In this document: one piece after another, positions 23,143-37,025 of the stretch
How positions within the stretch are numbered: position 1 is the first letter of the stretch
How the letters are laid out: each line of letters starts with the position of its first letter
Assembly (NCBI RefSeq): GCF_006345805.1
Contig: NC_043006.1
Span: forward strand, 65,038,001 to 65,102,000
DNA: 64,000 nt
Source: Octopus sinensis
Lineage: Eukaryota
Direction of reading: 5' to 3'
The notes under the pieces: generated by a model
The model's database searches: none
Seen by the model: only the letters and a program-made list of their open reading frames with translations
What the model was told of the DNA's origin: nothing
Made by a program: the position numbers and the translations under genes

Positions 23143-24254
23143 CTAGTAAATGGAAGAAATAAAATATAGATTACAATATAAAATACTATGCAAAAACTAA
23201 TGAAATATTTACATGATCTAGTGGAGTATGAGTGATATCACATAGCAAAGTAGAGAAATAAAGATAAGGGGTGTCTGCATTCTACATGGAGCAGCAATGT
23301 CAGTAGTCTGTGGTGTAGCAGTGCTGGTACTCTGTAGAATGCCGGTACTCTCTGGAGTAGTGATGTCAGCACACTTTGTAGAATAACAATGTCAGTACAG
23401 TGTGAAGTTACAACAATAGCATCCAATACTATGCAAATAATACTTATTTTTCCCAAAGCGGGTTGTCTTATGACTCCAATTCTTACACTGATGTCTGACA
23501 AAAATTCTTTTCTTGGCAACCACTGCCAAAATAAGGTATCTGAAAGTATCTCTTCATACAGGAATATTTCCTGAAATCTCAGTGTGATTCTAAATAACAT
23601 ATTTCAAGTTTGTCATCAGAATTGTAGGTTCACATTACAAATAATAAAATGCTAGCCGTTGTGATATCAGGTACCTTAAAATCTGCACTTGACAGGGAGA
23701 AAATTCTAAATAAATCACACCACACGAAAATATTTTGTCTAGTGGAAAAACAATGGAGATGATGATGATGATGATGATGCCATCATTACTATCATTTTAA
23801 CATCCACATTTCCATGTTCTCAAGGGTCAGACAAAATTCTTTGAGGTAGATTTTTCTCAACATGATGCACATCCTGTTACCTACCTACTGGCACCGGTTT
23901 CCAAATAAAGTATTATATGCCTTAGTCTTCTGAACACAAAGGCAGCGCACATTTCTGCAGAAGAGTGCAAACACAAAAGACTGTTTGAAGGCAATGTTTG
24001 CTTACTATTAACATGCAATGTGAAGACAAAGAAATACACACACAAATATACAGACGTGTGAATGTGTGTCATGGGCTTGTCGGCCAAATCTACTCACAAG
24101 GCATTAGTTGGCCCAGAGTTTGCTTGAGATGATATGCAGTGGAACTGAACCCCAAACCATATGATTGTGAAACTATCTTCTTAACCACACAGCCATATAT
24201 ATACCCATGCTGTGTGGCATAAAAGAATATATAATATTATAATATATATAAATA

Positions 24255-24295
<41 letters not shown>

Positions 24296-25426
24296 CGGAG
24301 ATGTACTTGCATAGCAAGTGACCTGATCTGAGATCGTGTGCTGGAATGAAAACAATTGCAGCGTGGAAGGTATTTACAAGCCATTTAAGAAACACACAAA
24401 AACCATTAGATTCACTTCAACATTTAAATTTAATTTGCCAAAATATTTTTGTCACTTTGAGACCACAACCTGTTCACTGATAAAATTCCATGATATGCAT
24501 GTATGTATGTGTGTACATGTATGTGTGTATGCATATGTGTGCATGCCTATACGCATGTATGAATGTATGTATGTACTTATGCATGCACGTGAGCACCTAG
24601 GCAAGTGTGTAGGCATGTCTGTGTGTGTGCACATGTGAATGTATGTTGATGTACTGATATGTGTGTGTTCAAATTGTATACATGACTGTTACTTTGTTGA
24701 AGGTTGTATGCACACACATATATACATACACACACTATACACACACAAACCATATATATATATAGGCTGAGTTCCTTTCAAGTGAGTGTTTCAAGTTCTA
24801 AGACTCATAGGGCCAGAGACTCAGTTTCCATGGTGTGTGAGTGACTGAAACCACAACATATTCCGTGAATGGAATGCCAGTCTGTGGCAGGGTTATTCAT
24901 TTATGGTGGAGTGGTCTGGAGCAACATAAAATGAAGTGCTTTGCTCACGAACGCAATGCAATGCCTGGTCCAAGGATTGAAACCATGATCTTGTGATTGT
25001 GAGTGCAACCCACTAACCACTGGGCCATGTGCCTTCACCTACTTGATATTGGCATAGTGGAAAAACTAGCATATCAGATAGTCTAATGGAAAACCTCAAC
25101 ATTACAGAGACATCACCATCATCATTTAACATCTGCTGTCCATGCTGGCATGGGTTGGACGGTTTCACCAGGGCTGGCAAGCTGCACCAGAATGCAGTCT
25201 GATTTGGCATGGTTTCTACAGCTGGATGCCCTTCCTAATGCCAGCCACTGCAAGAGTGTAATGGATGGTTATGGGTGCCATTTGCATGACACTAGTATCT
25301 GCCACGACTGGATCTTCTACTCAAGCACAACATAATGCCAAAGGTCTCGGTCATTTGTCATTGCTTCTGTGAGGCATTATATATAACGCACTCAAAGTCA
25401 TATATTATCATCAGAGCATCTCAGTC

Positions 25427-25653
25427 TTTATCTTTAAGCATTCAGATTACTCAGTCAAATGCATGCCTTTTTATTCACATTAGTTTCAATTAATCATGCA
25501 TTATCTTGTAACATTGAGATTTTGAATATCCGATGGTTTATTTTTAGCATCACATTGTAGAGTAGGTGTGAGAAGCCAAGTCTAGCTGGTTTGGACATGA
25601 AACAGGTAGAAAATTTGGGCTAGATATGGCCTGCTTAAATGCTAAAGGGCTAA
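25427..25653. mobile_element. TTAA-type MITE, family 1 (degenerate; a partial copy lies at about 2490-2690)
   Basis: Same interior; right terminus AATGCTAAAGGGCTAA. Confidence 0.7.
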
Positions 25654-26159
25654 TAAAGAACAACAGTGCCAAGTCATACATGTTTACAGATGTCTCAAGT
25701 AATGTCTTTTAAACATTCTGATACTAAATTGCTTGACACCATCTGTTTTAATAAAATAAAACAACCACTCCTTTCCTTTATTTATCATTGTTTCCATGCT
25801 AGCATGTAAACAACACACTTCCTGTTTCCAATTCATAACAGTTTTCCAAGTAAGGAAATCATTCCACAGCATTTCAAAAGCACTGAGTAGCAAAGAATAG
25901 CAAAACATTCATACACACCCACATCCACACACACACACACACATGATGGGCTTCCTGCAATCTCTGTCAACCAAATTCCCTCAAATGGTGTTATTTGGCC
26001 AGGGACTATAGAAGATGCTTACTCAAGAGATGGAATCCTAGACTAAGTGAATGTGAAACAAACTTCTTAGCCACACAGCTATGCCCATACCTCTTATCTA
26101 AATTAAAATTTTCCATTATAATTTTATGTAAGAGACTTTTAGATAAATTAACTTATAAA

Positions 26160-26700
26160 CATCATCATCATTTAATGTCTGTTTTCCATGCCGGCATGGG
26201 TTGGATGGTTTGACAGGAGCTGGCAATTCCAGGAGTCATATCATGTTCCATTGCCTATTTTGGCATTGTTTTTATGGCTGGATGCTCTTTCTAGTGCCAA
26301 CAACTTTACAGAGTGTACTGGATGTTCTTTAAATGGTACCGGCAGCAGTGCTTTTTCGTGGCACCAGCAGCAGTGCTTTTTTGTGGCATTGGCAGCAGTA
26401 CTTTTTTGTAGCACTGACAGCAGTACTTTTTTGTAGCACCTGCAGTAGTGCTTTTTCATGGCACCGACAGAAGTGCTTTTTTGTGGCACTGACAGCAGTG
26501 TATTTTTGTTGGCACTGGCAGCAGTGTTTTATTGTGACACTGGCAGCAGCGCTTTTTCATGGCACTGGCAGGCAGCAGTGCTTTTTCATGGCACTGGCAG
26601 GCAGCAGTGCTTTTTCATGGCACTGGCAGGCAGCAGTGCTCTTTCGTGACATTAGCACAAGTGCTTTTTCATGGCACAATTCATTGACAGGGTCACCAAG
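26160..26700 (-). mobile_element. RTE-type tail with a short-unit (about 20-27 bp) minisatellite cagcagtgcttttt(c/t)atggcactgg
   Basis: (CAT)n tail and shared RTE 3' UTR, with the tandem array at about 26330-26680. Confidence 0.7.
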
Positions 26701-29596
26701 TACCTTGCAAGATAAAAAATGCAAAAATCTCTCAACTGAAAGTTATCTAAACAAATTTCTCCAAATTATTTATTCTAAAAATTGATTTAAAAACATAGAC
26801 AGAGAACTGAATTAGAAAGAGATAATCTATGATGCCCCTCATGCCATATATTTTAAATATGCAACTTCACCAAGTCTTATACCTCTTAATCTTTGAAACC
26901 AAAAATAAAGTAACTTAATCTCTATCACCCTCTAGTTATAGTTAATCTTTTGACAAAAACCAACTTACATAATGTAGTTTCTGACAACACAAGATATAGC
27001 TTAATTTTTGACAACTGAAATCACGTAATTAATATCTGACAACTAGAATCATACATCAAATATGAGTCTTTCTATCAACAGCCAAATTTTTATAGATTAA
27101 TGAAAGAGGAGAGCAAAAATGTAAAAACATTAAAATGTCAGAAGAAAGTGATTCAACAGCGTGGGTTGTAAAACTAGAAGTTGTGTGGCTAGAACCTCCT
27201 GGAAAGAAACCATAGCGAGGGTCATTCCACAGTTGAATTGAAACAGCCAAGAAAAGAGACAGGTGTGAAGAAGCCAAAAATTAAGTGGCCACCCAAAAAC
27301 AAAAGAAAAAAGAGAAAGAAGAAACACACTCAATACCAGAGCTGAAGACACCTCCGAAAGGATGGGGCCTGCCACATCGAAACTGGTAGAGGTGTTTGGG
27401 CCAAAACCAGACGTGGTTCCTCCTGATGATGTTTTTACCCACTGGATCCTTTAAAGGAGCTGCTGAGGTAGCAAACTACAAAACATGGTTGGAATTCCTT
27501 TTGAACAAAAAAGGATTTTTCACAAAAGGAAACAATCAACCTATTCTTTGCCCTTTCACTTCTCTATGATATAATGACAGCTATTCTGAAAGTCCACAGA
27601 TCAACTATTACATCCGTTTCAAGAATGTATCAGTTTATTTACTAATACTTCAGTAAATATAAAAATTGGCTGCTGATAAGAGGAAAGTACTCAAGCATGT
27701 GATACCCCAATACACATATCTTCACCTGCTGCATTCCCAAATCACATCTACATGATATCCTAGTAATGTGGTTAAGAAGTTTGCTTCCTAACCACATAGT
27801 TTTGGGTTCAGTGCCACTGTGTGGCATCTTGGGCAAGTGTTATCTATTATAGTCCTGGGTCAACCACAAAACCTTGTGAATGGATTTCGTAGATAAAAAG
27901 TGATGAAAAACTCATTACACACACACACATACAGAGAAGCATAGATATATGTATCTCTGTGCGTGTGTGTGTGTGTGTGTCCTCGTCTTAACATCATGTG
28001 ACAGTTGTAAATGAGTATCATCGTCATACATGCAGTGTTATTCATTACTTTCGATATTTTGCTTAAACATGTCTGACCAAGGGAAAATATAACTTTACTT
28101 GGAAACAGGTCGTGGTTGGTGACAGAAAATGCATCCAGCTGTAGAAAATCTGCTTTAATAGACTCCATTTTCCCCATGCAAGCGTTGAAAAGAGGGCATT
28201 AAAAATGGTGATGATGACAACAATCCTCCTGGATTTACATGGCACCTCCAAGCACTGAATTTCACATCTTAATCTATGACATTCTCAAGATATATTGTTA
28301 TAATCTGTAGCTCCCCCAAGTCATATTTTAAGCCATAAGACACTTCAGGTTACATATCTTATATGAGACATACCAGAAGCTTCCCTTATTTTCCCCCCCA
28401 GAAAATGTATTTAGATCTACATTATTTAATGTGACCTTTTTCTTGAAGTCACTTGGGTGTGATTTAAGGGAGATTTGGCTGTTGTTTCCAGTAGATCAAC
28501 AACCATGAACAGGCTTCCTCACTGATTCATTTAGAGGAATGTGCACATGTGGTACGCATAAAGCTTCCATTCAATATCACTTTTCTGCTGTATACAGAAA
28601 GTGCAGGAAATGTGTGTGTGTGAGAGAGAGAGATAATTCTTCATATTCTTTTCTATTCTAGGTACAAGGCTCAAAATTTTGGGGGAATGTGGGGTGGGGG
28701 GGCAGTCGATTAGATCAACCCCAGTACGCAACTAGTACTTAATTTATCAACCCCGGAAGGAGGAAAGCAAAGTTGACCTCAGCAGAATTTGAACTTAGAA
28801 CGTAACAGCAGACGAAATATTGCTAAACATGTAGCTTGGTGTGCTAACAATTCTGCCAGCTCACTGCTTTGTTATAATATATAATTCTTCATATTGGTAC
28901 AAAAGTGTGCATGTGTGTGTGGTGGGGTTTAGTAAACCAGGGCTTTCTGTGTTGCTCAACCAGTACTTATTTTATCTGGCAGATTGAAAGATTGGATTCA
29001 ACCCAGTGGGGTTTGGATCATAGCATAGGGTGATGGGGTTCAATGCTATATAAATATTCACCCTCACCATTCAATCTCGTTTAACATTTGCTTTCCATGC
29101 TGGCATGGGTTGGATAGCCTTATAGGGAACCAGTGAGCTGCAGGGCTGTGTCAGGTTCCAATGTCATCTTTAGGATGGTTTCTATGATTGGATGCCCTTC
29201 CTAAGACCAACCACAAAAAGGGAGTATTTGGAAGGGGAAGGTGGTGGTTGGTGGCTTTATGCCAGGAGTTGAAAAGATGAAGTAAGATAGAGGGGCAAAC
29301 ACAGGTATTTTGCTATAAAAGATACAGGACTGGAGGAAATAAGAGGAGGGAAGTGATGGGGCGCTAGATCAAAGCTTCACGGAGCAAGGTGAGCATAAAA
29401 GAAGATATGGACAGTAGATGATGAGAGGGGGAGAGAGAGTGTGTTGATGTAATTACATTGAATAAATACGAACTGCATAAACCGAGGTGGCTTAATGGAA
29501 CCTGTGTAGTTTGTGAAGTGTTTAACAAAGTATTGAGCAGTAAAGAAGATGAGTGAATCACCCTTAATTGGTCTCAAAATGTATGTCATTACTAAC

Positions 29597-29786
29597 CTAT
29601 TGTTAAGCAGGATGTTCGAACATTTGATGTCACGATGAAGGAAGTCTTTCTTGTGGCAATAGTTTAATCCGTCAAGAAGCTGCTTGATGAAGGAAGCGAT
29701 ATGATCCTGGTTGAAGTGTACTAAACCGGACTCTAACAGACCCATCAGGTCATGGTCCATGTATTCAAAAACTAGATAGAAGGCAC
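29597..29786 (-). CDS. CDK12: CDK12/13-like kinase exon: hinge and catalytic loop ([13 protein letters not shown]...[13 protein letters not shown])
   Basis: Acceptor ttttcag, donor AG|[14 protein letters not shown] motif of CDK12/13. 190 nt, phase 1 to 2. Confidence 0.98.
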
Positions 29787-31437
29787 CTGAAAAATAAACA
29801 AAAATAGAAGTTTTAAAAAATCATAAAAGCACAAAAATAAAACAAAGAAAATTATCAAAAGTCAAAACAAAATGTGTATATATTTGGTAGGGTAGAGACA
29901 AGGGTTGGGGTTGAACAAAATGACTGCTATGAAGAGTTGGTGCTTAGGAGATGAAGTGAAGAGCTTCAGGTGGTTTTTGGTGAGATCTGTTAATTTTATT
30001 TGAAACATTGATACTGAAATAAATCTAAGCAAAGAGAAAAACTTTATCTTTAATAAGTTAAATGATATTTTCTGGCATACAAGTCAAATTTTTCAGATCA
30101 AAATTTACAGCCAGCAAACAAGTACCAAGACTACTTTAGAGGATCAAAAATTCTATGTGAAATGCAATAGGATTTAGAAAGATAGTGATGATGTTTAAAT
30201 ATTTACACTAAACTTTTTCACTATAAACTGCACTGACTTATATACCAGAAAATACAGCAGTTACATAGTGACAGCTTAAAAAAAAAAATTTTAATGTTTA
30301 ATTCAAAGCCAAAATAGTCAAAAAGAAAAAAAAGCAAACTTTTTGGTGTTATTTCTCATATCATAATTAGAGCTCAGAAAAACCCAAAACACTGATTAAA
30401 TTTGTAGATGTAGGATGAATGAGTTAGGAAGTGGGATTATAGCTCAAACCTCATGAATTCAAACCCCACCATTGATATTTCACTGTATTTCTACATTGTC
30501 TATGATTACTTTGGTACTACTTATGTGCAGTTTCAGACAAGGGCCCACTTATCACAGAATCCTTCCCTGGTTCTGATTACAAGTGGTGTGCAGTGGTAGA
30601 TACACCAAACAATGTTAATTGCAACATACACAGACAGCCACAACCAGCTGCTCCTCTTCCTCACAAGTAATTCTAATTAACTAATAAGTTTGTTCAGGCA
30701 ACTGTTGATAGCCTCGTTGAGAGCACCCCACCCCACACTAACACATCACAAACACAAATCACTTTCTAACCTTTCTGGAATTCACATTTCCCTGCTGAGA
30801 GCAACTAAGAGGGGCTACAACCAAGAGTCAACCAAATGGATCACAAGTTGCAGTAATGGTCATGGGCACCTTCTTCTCATCATCATCGTTTTAACATCCA
30901 CCGCTCCATCCTTGCATGAACTGGATGGAGCTTACTGAGGCAGAGTTTCTACAGTAAGATGCCTTTCCTGTCACCAACCTTTATCTGTTTCCAAGTAAGG
31001 TAATATTTCCCCATGTCCCTACATGTTCTCACAGAATATTTGAAATGAATGGCACTTCTGCTATGATAGAGACATTTATTTATTTTAATAACTATGATAG
31101 TGCCAAGACAAGGACACACATGCATACACCTGTATGTGCACATACACTGCGCTTCTTTTAGTTTCCACTTACTAAATCCACCCACAAGGCTTTAATCAGC
31201 CTGAGGTCACAGTAGAAAACATTTGCCAATGGTGCCATGGAGTGGGACACAACCCAATAACATGTGGTTGGGAAGCAAACTTCTGAAACAAACAGCCATG
31301 CTTGTGCCTAGTTCACTTGACTAATCCATAAAATAAAAAAAAAAAAAAGAAAAAATCCACCTCTCCCCGCAAGTTCTAACGATTCTGCCACCTCGCTGCC
31401 CTAAAGTTCTATGAAATAAAAATGTGAGAAGAAATAC

Positions 31438-31608
31438 CTTTGTCTTTCCTAAAATCCAGAGCATCCTGTTTATCTGTGACAATTTCCTTCAAGTTGACAA
31501 TGTTGGGGTGGTTTAGCTGTCGCAAAATTTTGATCTCCCGCACTGCTGTGATGGGGAAACCTTCTTTCTCATTTTCTAAACGAACTTTTTTCAATGCAAC
31601 AAGTTCAC
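31438..31608 (-). CDS. CDK12: CDK12/13-like kinase exon: VALKK and PITAVRE helix
   Basis: Acceptor ctgtag, donor G|GTATTT. Encodes [57 protein letters not shown]. 171 nt, phase 1/1. Confidence 0.98.
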
Positions 31609-32220
31609 CTACAGATCAAAAATAGGTAAAGGAGAATGAATAAAGAGTGAAATAAATAAATTAAAGATTTACATTTAAAAACAAAAGCAATAAATTTAAT
31701 GATATAGTTATAAATTTCACAGAAAGAAGGTTGGTATAATATATGTGTGAATGTATAGTATGTATTTGTGTGTATCCATATCTTGACATCACATAAAGGA
31801 TGTAAATAAGCATTGTCATCATACAAGTGAGGTATGTAAAGAAGGGCATCCAGCTGTGGAAACCATGCCAAAACAGACATGGGGCCTGGGCAGCTCTTCA
31901 GCTGGCCAGCTCCTGTCAAACTGTCCAACCCATGCCAGCAATGAAAAACAGACATTAAATGATGATAACAAACACATATGCATGTGTATATGGTTAAGAT
32001 CATTACTTCCTAACCATTAGGTTTCAGATTCAGTCATTCTGTGTGATGGCTTAAACAAGGGTCTTTTACAACAGCCCAAGACTGACCAAAGTTCTGCCAG
32101 TGGACGTGTGTGTGTATGTGCATATTTTCAAATTATGCAATAGGAGATCTGGATTAAAATCTATGTGTCTTTAGTTCTTCAATGGAACTTACTATAAAAT
32201 AATGGTAGAGTGAAACTTAC

Positions 32221-32357
32221 CAGAAAATGTGTCTTCAGCTTTGTAAACCTGTCCATAGGTTCCTTCACCAATTTGACAGATCTTTCGGAATACTTCAACA
32301 CAGCGCTCCCCCCAGTCACCTTTGTTTCTTTCATTATAACGACGCTTATGACAGATT
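32221..32357 (-). CDS. CDK12: CDK12/13-like kinase exon: Gly-rich loop (DWGERCVEVFRKICQIGEGTYGQVYKA)
   Basis: Acceptor ttttgcag, donor G|GTAAGT. GEGTYGQVYKA motif. 137 nt, phase 2 to 1. Confidence 0.97.
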
Positions 32358-32549
32358 CTGCAAAAGAAAAGAACATCAATTTGATGACACCCTTTCATTA
32401 GGAAAAGCTAAAATTTCATGATAATGAGATCTCCTAACACAGCTACCACCATCACAACTTCACTGTCATCATCATCATTTTATCATACACTTTTCCATAG
32501 TCACATGGGTGAGGCAGAACTTGTTGAGGTGGATTTTCATGGTAGATTT

Positions 32550-32580
<31 letters not shown>

Positions 32581-33190
32581 ATATGTATACACGCACACAC
32601 GCATATATATGTGTGTGTATACATACACACACATGCATATATATATATGCACATGCACACACACACACACCCACCCTTATTCTGTGTTAGAAGTGTGTAG
32701 CATGTGATATGTTTATGCACAAGGCAAACACAAACTTAGTTCTAGGCTATGGCTTAGCTCTGTTAACCTTCCACTCACTCAACTAGAAAAGTCAACAGAT
32801 TGATAAGAAATCATTGGTGTAAGCAGTATAAAGTATCATTACTACTTCTTTAATTGATCATGTGACCACTAAAATCAACAGTCATTTACCATGTATCAGA
32901 AAGATCTTTGAAATTCTTGAGAAGGTATTTGGAGAAGAGTTGGCAGGCAGAATTATTTAGATGAAGCATGACATCAAGCAAGGTTATTGTTGAAAGGTCT
33001 TTGGTTTGGCTGTCATGCACAGGCCAAGTTTGTTGAATGCCATTTTAAGTTGTGTTCTGAGAGCATCAGTTGTGTACCAGCAAACACTGTTTGAAATCAT
33101 AAATTTTTCAAGCTGTATACACCTACATAACCAATAAAAGTTTTTTTGATAGGGACAATAGGTGGCTTGTTAGATGCCTTGCATCTCCCT

Positions 33191-33418
33191 TTAACCCTGT
33201 CATTACTGTATTTAGTTGGAGATGCTGTTTATCTTTCAACTGATTTTAAATATAACAAAGAATTTAGTAAAATAACTTAGTTAACATTCAGCTAGTGTTA
33301 AGAAAATAAATTGTGACTAAAGTTTGGTGGATGATTTTAATTCAAAACTTATGAAAACAAGTCATTTGTACTACAGAGCCAGAGATAGTTTCAGCTGGGT
33401 TGGTAATGAAAAGGTTAA
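33191..33418. mobile_element. TTAA-flanked MITE, family 2
   Basis: TTAACCCTGTCATTAC...GTAATGAAAAGGTTAA termini; homologous to 48337-48534. Confidence 0.8.
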
Positions 33419-34690
33419 GACACACATTCCTCTCTATCATACTTTCACTTCTGTCAATACTGCACCCTCAATCACTCAAGGGGTTCACTTATCATTTAAT
33501 ATCTTTTAGATCCCAAATTAGCATGGATTTGGACAAGTCTGTTCCAACAAAATGTTAAGCCACATGTCATACTCTTCATTGTTTGATACAAAAACACCAC
33601 CAATGAAAACTACCTATCTCTCTTGTTCTGTAAATCATGCTTATATCTGTTTGTCTATCCATCTACACAAACACGATGGCAGTTTCTTCACGTCTGAAGA
33701 TCATGAGGGAAAATGACACACCTTCAAGAGGCTATGTAAACCCTGAAGCTGCAGGGCTTTTCTTTTCTTGCCTGCTGTTAGTAACTTTGAACTCAGAATC
33801 AATCTTCTCATTCTGATTCCACTCTTTCAGTTTTAGAGGCTCACACAGTGGATCAGTGGGCTAAGATGTCAGCAGTGACCATCAAGCTATAATTGGAGTG
33901 GCCTTCTCTAAGGTGAATTGCCTCACAGGAGAGCTCTACACCACCTGAAGGACTCCATTCCCTGATGTGCTATTAAGGCTGACTCCCTGGGCCTTTTTTT
34001 TTTTTCACAGGACATCCACATGGTAGTAAGGGTATATATCTGGGAATAAAACTCATGATACAGCGACTGTGAGTGCTACACCGAAACACCAGGCCCCATA
34101 CCTTCACACACACACACTGCTTTTGTTAGGAGAATCTAGAAATTTTGAGAGACATGAACTATATTAGTTTTAATGGTGGAACTCAAAGGAGATGAAGCTA
34201 TAAATAATTCTAATTTTGGAACAAGGTCAGCAAGCCTGAAAGGAGAGGGCAAATTGATTACATCATTGACCCCAGTACTTCACTGGTACTTTATTTTATT
34301 GAGCTTGAAAGGATGAAAGGCAATGTTGACTGCAGGAGGAGTTGAACTCAGAACATAAAGAGTCAGGGAAAATACCATTAAACATCTTGTCCGACTTGTT
34401 AACAATTCTGTCAGCATACCATCTTGCAACTTTTTCCATCCAATGATTTCTTTTTTTAACCCAATATTTGCAAGTTATTATTTATAGCTTTTTCTACATT
34501 GTATTCCACAATTAAAAGTGATTTATAAATATAGGTTTGGGTAGTGTGGGCATGTGTAGGTGTGTGAACACTTGCACAGCCCCACCACACAGAAATACCC
34601 ATAGCAAGCATTCCTACATTCTACCAACACAATTGCTGTTCTGGTAGTACCACATAACACACCACCACACTTTCACACATTGTAACTCAC

Positions 34691-34900
34691 TTTGGTCTCT
34701 TCAACTTTGGAGCAGCTGACACATTAGAATCAATTCTGCTCTTCATCTCCATCATTTCCAAACCTAGGGATGACGGCTTGATATCACCTTGACTGTCTAT
34801 ATCAATATCAACCTCCTGATCAGGGTCGTCAACAACTGGTGGCATTGGTAAGTCCGTGATGCGTCGGTGTCTCACAGGGGACAACACGACCTGTTGTTCA
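34691..34900 (-). CDS. CDK12: CDK12/13-like exon (EQQVVLSPVRHRRITDLPMPP...KLKRPK), pre-kinase linker
   Basis: Acceptor ttttgcag at 34901, donor AA|GTGAGT at 34690. 210 nt, phase 2/2. LPMPP and the basic KRPK lead into the kinase as in CDK12/13. Confidence 0.9.
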
Positions 34901-35280
34901 CTGCAAAAACATAAATAAAAGCAGAAAAAGTGGTTAGGTTTGACGCAAGAGAGATAGATCAGAGATAAGAAGTATAAAAGAAAGACAAACAAATAGTAAA
35001 GGAAATAACACAGAGTAAAATCTGCGTCAATTTAACATCCTTTGGAGGTGAGAATTAGTCTCATACACATGCAAGTGTGTGTGTATGTGAGTGTAGGTAT
35101 CTGCTTATGTATAGCACTTGAACAAAATATATTAATTCACACACACACACTACAGATGCATTTGTTTTACTAAAATATATACATGAACATGTGCAAAACA
35201 AAGTAGACTAAATATTTTGGGACAATAAACAAACCATCTGAATTTTTCTCAATTAGTCACGCTAAACAAATATTGCTTTT

Positions 35281-35760
35281 CATCATCATCATTGCTTAAT
35301 GTCCGCTTTCCATGCTGGCATGGGATGGACGGTTTGACTGAGAACTGGCAAGCCAGGTGGTTGCACCAGGCTCCAATCTGATCTGGCAAGGTTTCCACAG
35401 CTGGATGCCTTTCCTAATGCCAACCACTCCGAGAGTGTAGTGAGTGCTTTTTACATACCACTGGCACAAGGACTAGCCAAGGCAGTACTGGCACTGACCA
35501 CACTTGAATGGTGCTTTTTTATGTGCCATCGGTATGGGGCCAGTCAGGCAGCACTGGCATCGACCACTCTTGAATGGTGCTTTTTACGTGCCAGGCAGAT
35601 GGTACTGACATCAGCCACAACAATGACTTCAGTTGACTCAACAGGTCTTCACAAGCACAGTTTACTGCCCAATGATTGAAGGGCACTATTAAATGGGCCA
35701 GTTATGCGGCACTGGCATAGGCCATGGTTACGATCTCACTTGGCATACCAGGTCTTTTTA
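35281..35760 (-). mobile_element. RTE LINE 3' end
   Basis: (CAT)n plus the shared tail tccgctttccatgctggcatggg...ggatgcctttcctaatgccaaccac and degenerate VNTR units. Confidence 0.75.
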
Positions 35761-36059
35761 CATAAATATCTACCACTTTGTGTTGTGTCACTTACCAATA
35801 TTAAATAACACTGAGCCAGAAAAGGCACCTACAAAAGGGTTTCATGAGAGAGAAGGAAAAAAATTTAATAAGCAGAGGCATGGCTGTGTGGTTAAGAAGC
35901 TCACTTTACAACTACCTGGTTTCAGGTTCAGTCCCACTGCATGGTACCTAGGGTAAGTTTCTTCAAAACTATAGCATCAGGCTGACCAATAATTTGTGAG
36001 TGAATTTAGTAGGCGGAAACTGAATGGAAGCCCATTGTGTGTGTGTGTATATATATATG

Positions 36060-36100
<41 letters not shown>

Positions 36101-36257
36101 TTTTTTAATCTAGTTTCAGCTTACGAGCTGTGGCCATGCTGGGGCATATATATATATATATATATATATATTCCTTCTTTCCTGAGCGCCCAATAATACT
36201 TTATTTGTTCCACATCCTCGCGTTGTTGCCTTTTTGTTTTCTTGTTTGGATTAACTT

Positions 36258-36335
<78 letters not shown>

Positions 36336-36338
36336 TTA

Positions 36339-36496
36339 TTTAAAGCAGCAGAAAAAACAGTCCGATGAACGGCAACGGGAAACTCAGAGTAACAGGTTTT
36401 GTTGAATTTTCTGCTGCTTTAATAAAGCATATTACTCTACCACTGGTATTTGAGTACTCTTTTTTCCACCTTGTTTCACATTTATGTGTTTACTCC

Positions 36497-36500
<4 letters not shown>
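36339..36500 (+). mobile_element. Second copy of hammerhead family 2, preceded by an inverted fragment of its own 3' part
   Basis: CCGAUGA ACG GCAA CGG GAAAC UCAGAGUA ACAGG at 36362-36396. TTAAAGCAGCAGAAAA at about 36340 is the reverse complement of TTTTCTGCTGCTTTAA at about 36407-36422. Flanked by (TA)n. Confidence 0.55.
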
Positions 36501-36537
<37 letters not shown>

Positions 36538-36767
36538 GTATGTAATTGTAAGGTTCAAGGATCTAGGTACAGGAAGCTAGTAAGCTTTGAGCAATCTGTA
36601 GTAAGTATAAACAAAAACAACTTTTAGGAACCATAATAGTTTAATGGTGTAGAAGGTTGTAGGTTTTTTCCTATATTGAAATTCGATAAGCCGAAAGAAA
36701 ATTTTTTTTACAGTTCACAGTTAGCATCTAGGGTTGCTATGAATGGAAATAAAAATCTTAACTGAGC

Positions 36768-37025
36768 GAATGGAGTCGGTAAAATCCAGGCTACATATGT
36801 TACCTCGCAAGTAATAATTAGTCAACAGGGGTACTCCACTAGCTACTCATCAAGCCGACGATACCTCATTTAATTTGGGCCCTTAACAACAATGTAACCT
36901 TCATTTAACTAAGGCATCTTCAGCCTAATGAGTAGCTAGTGGAGAACCCCTCGTTGAGTAATTATTACTTCCGAGGTGCTGCTAACTAGGAAACATACAT
37001 AGCCTGGATTTTACCTACTCCATTC
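36768..37025. repeat. Imperfect long inverted repeat (arms of about 100-115 bp), probably an inverted retroelement end
   Basis: GAATGGAGTCGGTAAAATCCAGGCTA pairs with 37000-37025 (1 mismatch); CTCCACTAGCTACTCAT pairs with ATGAGTAGCTAGTGGAG. Confidence 0.8.
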
